A stretch of DNA of 64,000 nt, taken from NCBI RefSeq assembly GCF_001194135.2, contig NC_068983.1, positions 68,374,440-68,438,439 of the forward strand, read 5' to 3'. This DNA is from Octopus bimaculoides (lineage: Eukaryota). The notes under the pieces are model-generated. The model was given only the letters and a program-made list of their open reading frames with translations, made no database searches and was not told the DNA's origin. Positions 59,781 to 64,000 of this stretch are shown piece after piece; position 1 is the stretch's first letter, and each line of letters begins with the position of its first letter. The position numbers and the translations under genes are program-made.

Positions 59781-60281
59781 TAGCATGAAATAGACTAAAA
59801 TGAGTCAGCAAAAAGAAAAACAACTAAGTTATTTTTAAAAGCAATACAATGTAAATATAAAATACCAGCAGTCTGAATTGAAAGAGAAAGAAACTATAAA
59901 CATGACATAATTGACTATTGTAAAGAAAATTAGAAGATCTTAACTTTTAAAACCCACAAAATGAGCTCTATTGTAAAACCAATTTAAAATAAAAGAGAAG
60001 AAATTGATCAATTACTAAACTGAGTATTCTATGTATGCTAAATTGCTTGTAATAGAACTTCAAACTTTAGGTCAAAAGCAATAAATAAATAAACAGAAAG
60101 TAATATATACGACATTAAAAAAATCTTTATCATGTCAGCATGGAAGGCAATGATGATGATGAAACTATTTGTGCCTTTTCTCATATCTAAAACAAAACAA
60201 TACAAATAGTTAACTGCAAACATTGGATATATAAAAAAAACTACTGAAGTAAAATCATAAAATTGATATTTTTTAACAATA

Positions 60282-60477
60282 CAGTAATCCCTCAACTATT
60301 GCTGGTGTTACATTTCCACAGAAATAATTAAAATCTGAAAAAATAGATATACCTAATGGCTGCAGAAACCCGGATATACTGAGGAGTATGCAAAATGAAT
60401 TTACATATATTAGCCACAAAAATCCACGATGTACTGAGTGCGCGATAGGTGAACCACAACATGGCGAGAGATTACTG
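60282..60477. mobile_element. pogo/Tigger-type MITE
   Basis: TA|CAGTAATCCCTC ... GAGAGATTACTG|TA. Confidence 0.7.
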
Positions 60478-60624
60478 TATATGAATTTTATCTAATATGG
60501 TTAGTTTCAGGCATATCTAACCTTTAAAGAAATGAACCAATGAGTGGTACTTCATGCAGTCAGTAGACATGCAAAATACCAAACTTCCCTCAAATCAAAT
60601 CCTACCATCTTGTAGTAGAAGTAC

Positions 60625-61130
60625 TCACTGGGTATGGTGCCAAGTGTACTATGCCTAGGAAAAAGATGAGCTGGTCATAGCTGGATTACTTTTGATGAAT
60701 TCTAGGTCCTGTGATGGTCAAGATAGACCATGTACTTGCAAATATATGTACAGGTCTCAGCAAAGTTTTCTGTGGAAGACTGGCAGTTGCCTTTACATGC
60801 AAATCTCCTTTCTCCATGACACTAATGTTGTCCAAAGGAAATGTTGAGCCTTAGGGTTCATGCAACAGGGTACCAGTGTCTTCGCAGTCATTGCTGTCAG
60901 AACACAAATGACTGGATGTGGAGGCACATGGCTTAGTGGTTAGGGGTGTTGGACTCATGATCGTAAGATTGTAATTTCGATTCATGGATCACGTTACTCA
61001 AATCCACTCAGCTGGCAAAAATGAGTAATCCTGCAATCGACCGGTGTCCCATCCAGGTGGGGAATTTATATGCCATGGAAACCGGCCCTTATGAGTCAGC
61101 ATGACTTGAGAAGGAAACTTTACCTTTTTT
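60625..61130. mobile_element. SINE family C body (minus, ~60625-60900) followed by a tRNA-headed SINE (plus, ~60920-61130)
   Basis: Body matches 24490-24700; head ATGGCTTAGTGGTTAGGGGTGTTGGACTC...TTTCGATTC. Confidence 0.55.
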
Positions 61131-64000
61131 TTTACAAATGACTGGAAGTTACCATAATTCAACATTCTAACAGTTCTACTCCAGTCACGTACTTTTCTTT
61201 TTATCAGCTCCAAAAATAGGAAGTAAATCAGACTATTGGCAAGATTTGAACTCAGTACAGTGCGTTGGAACAAATATTGTGAAGCATTCTATCTTACACT
61301 CATGACTTCAGTAACTTACTTTTGATGATAAGTCTTTTCAATCAGTTCTACTTGAACTAAACACTAATAACAACCCTTAAAGAAATTTTGATTTTTAATT
61401 GTATAACAGACATTTTTAATGAGTATGCAAAGAAAAAGTTTTCCTGCTATTTAAAAAATAATTTTCTCTCAAATTTTATCTTAGGAGATTTGCAAGTGAT
61501 ATTGTTTATTTTGGTCCAGAAGGGATTCATTACTGGTTTCCATAGAATTTTCAAAGTTATTTAGAATGTTAATAAAAACAAAAGTAAAATACATTCTAAT
61601 GCTTCCCACAAAATAAATATTTCTGGTGTTTACTATGAGAGTAAACTTCCCTGATGGTTAAATTACTAAATGAAAATTATAACTAGGAAACAGAAATTCA
61701 GTTAGACTGATGATGTTTAACTAAATAGCATTTGCTATACTGTTACAAAATTTGTTTCAGTATTTCTCTCTTTTTGCATGTCTATTTCTCCCTCTCCCTC
61801 TCTCTCTCTCTCACACACACACACACATTTCCATCTGTCGAGGCTACATGCAGATTTTTTTTATCAGTTCTGCAGGTCACATACTCACTAATCGTCACAA
61901 TTATGTGTTAGATAGTAGTAGTAGTAGTAATAGTAGTAGTAGTTACAGGATGGAAACTCAGTAAAGTTTTAACATTTGAAAATGACAGAGAAAACAATGA
62001 CAAGGGCATACACTACAGCTGTAAAAAGATAGGCAAGTAGACTTAGAACAGAATTCCTAATTTCAATCTAAGGACATTGCAACTTTGGAAGTGGTATATG
62101 GAAAGTAGTTGAGCATCAAAGACGTTGGCAGATGTATACAAGAGTAACACCTACACATGATAAATGCCATTAGAAAGATATTGCAAGGTATATGTGATTG
62201 ATTTAAAAGAGCCAAATAAGAACTGATATAGTCAAAACCTCTGAAACTGCTGAGCCTTAATTGATCAGATGTAAATGCCTCCTAAGTTATGAGGGAGCTT
62301 TTAAGGACCAGTACTTAGCTCTAGTTCTGTGAATCATGAGGGAGTACTCCTCTGCAGAATATTATTAGTGTATGCAACAGGTAACATTCCCAAGTGATTT
62401 GGTACTTATTCTTAATAGTTGTATAAACTAAGACAATGGAGGATAAGGTGTTTTATCCACAAGTGCAACCAAATGCAGAACAATATAAATTCATTTGTTT
62501 GACACTAGTATGGGGAATTGGATATTATGACCATGGATGGTTATGATGTAGATGAAGTAAAAAGCAAAAAAGTAAAAGTAAATAAATAAAAATCCAAGCC
62601 ATAGGCTTGAGGATAATTTCATAACTAAATTCTGTAGGTAATTGGGACAGTTTTAAAACATAAGCAGTATTAGAATAAAAATGATATTCAAAATGGTAGC
62701 GTGAAGAGAAAATTTGGGTGTTACCTTTTCTAGTCATAACAAATGAATCACAGTAAATATATAAGTTGCCTTATCGCATGGAAGTATTGTGGAAAGAGGG
62801 GAAGAGTAGTTGAAGACACAACCAATGCTGAAGATAGGACATTGAAAGACTTTTTATTATCATTTACATTTTCTGCTTCTCTGAACTACAACCAACATCT
62901 GTTCCTTTGAACATGCCAACTTTATCCTGCTCCTAGTATTTTTTTCCTCTCATTACCCCTACCTTGCACTACATCTTAGATTGAATTTTAAACAAATTTA
63001 CCCAACCTGTCTTCTTCAGGATTGCATTCATATTTATCCACATCCACAAGTCTTAAGTGGGTTAAAGAGAGCTACTGACTTTGCTTTACCTTCTCAAACT
63101 ACTCAGAATAAAAAGATATCTCTCTTGGCACTATAACATTTAGAAAAACACGAAAAAAAGTCAGAATTGCCTGAAAAACTATGTGGAATTGTTTCTTTTA
63201 AATATCATCTATATTTTGTATCAAAAGCAATTTCTTCCCAATCCATTTCTCACTGTCCTTTCTCCATATTACATTGTATATAAATATCACCTGTCCCATG
63301 AACATAGCTAAAACTAAATTATTTGTCTATTTCTCTAGATTAGAACTAATCCAGTATTGTAGGTTTATTCCACTTCCAACATAATGATTAAAAATAGTAA
63401 GTTTTCAGCCTAAATTCTGCAGTTATGATATCACCTAATGAGTAATCTTTTGTTTTACGAACAAGAAAGTTGGAAATACAACTTTAAAATAAATTTTGAA
63501 ACTAAAAGTTTATTTTGGAAAACACACACACAGATATAAAAAAACCCCCAAAAAAATGCATATGACCAGGTAGGGTTTGAGGTCAATAAAATGAATCTGA
63601 AATGTACCTAATCAGAATAATTTAAGCATGAATGAAATCTGAAAGTAAATAAATATACTGGATACTAATATCTAATTTATATTTTTTTGTTTTAAAGTTC
63701 AAGTGATATGAAATTACGACACGGGATAACACTCTCAAATGCAATTTATAAATTGTGCTGTTTATGAGAATGATGCCAACAACCAATTTCAAAGAAAAAG
63801 ATTCTTCCAGTTCCACATTATTACCCACTGTTAGTCAAGTATTGTTGAACATATTTTACTTGTATTTTATTATACCAACACAGAAATTTCACTTGCTGGT
63901 TTATGAAGCAAAAGATTACCTTGTAATGATTTCTGTAGATTAAGTAAACATGCAGTAAAACTTTCATTTACAGTCTTTCAGACTAAAACCTCTTACTCTC

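Overview
AT-rich eukaryotic genomic DNA, most likely a coleoid cephalopod (Octopus-type SINE/RTE repeat content; species is an inference). Most of the window is the 5' part of one intron-rich minus-strand gene of the centrosomin / CDK5RAP2 / myomegalin (PDE4DIP) family. I assembled by hand 23 GT-AG exons (51780 down to 712; 2088 nt, 696 codons, open frame). They include an unambiguous CM1 gamma-TuRC-binding motif (MKECEQ|LIEELRKENFSLKLRIYFLEDR) followed by long coiled coil. Three more in-frame cassette or micro-exon candidates lie at 14.4-16.1 kb. The gene's 3' end is unresolved and probably lies beyond position 1. Introns hold tRNA-derived SINEs, RTE-clade LINE fragments and their (ATG)n-tailed 3' ends, two mariner relics, hAT/Tc1/pogo/piggyBac-type MITEs, a Helitron-like element, an RLE-type (HERO-like) non-LTR fragment, microsatellites and two N gaps. 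Most interesting signals: (i) a tRNA-headed, Penelope-like fold-back element with a recognisable but damaged hammerhead-ribozyme core, in sense orientation in an intron (17.9-18.4 kb); (ii) a 45-bp copy of a downstream 3' splice site plus exon start whose only mismatch creates a stop; (iii) young inverted repeats bracketing three phase-0 exons (circRNA/ADAR candidate); (iv) two SINEs at one site with a triplicated 16-bp TSD. No CRISPR array, rRNA or genuine tRNA gene was seen. All coordinates and translations are manual, and no database searches were run.
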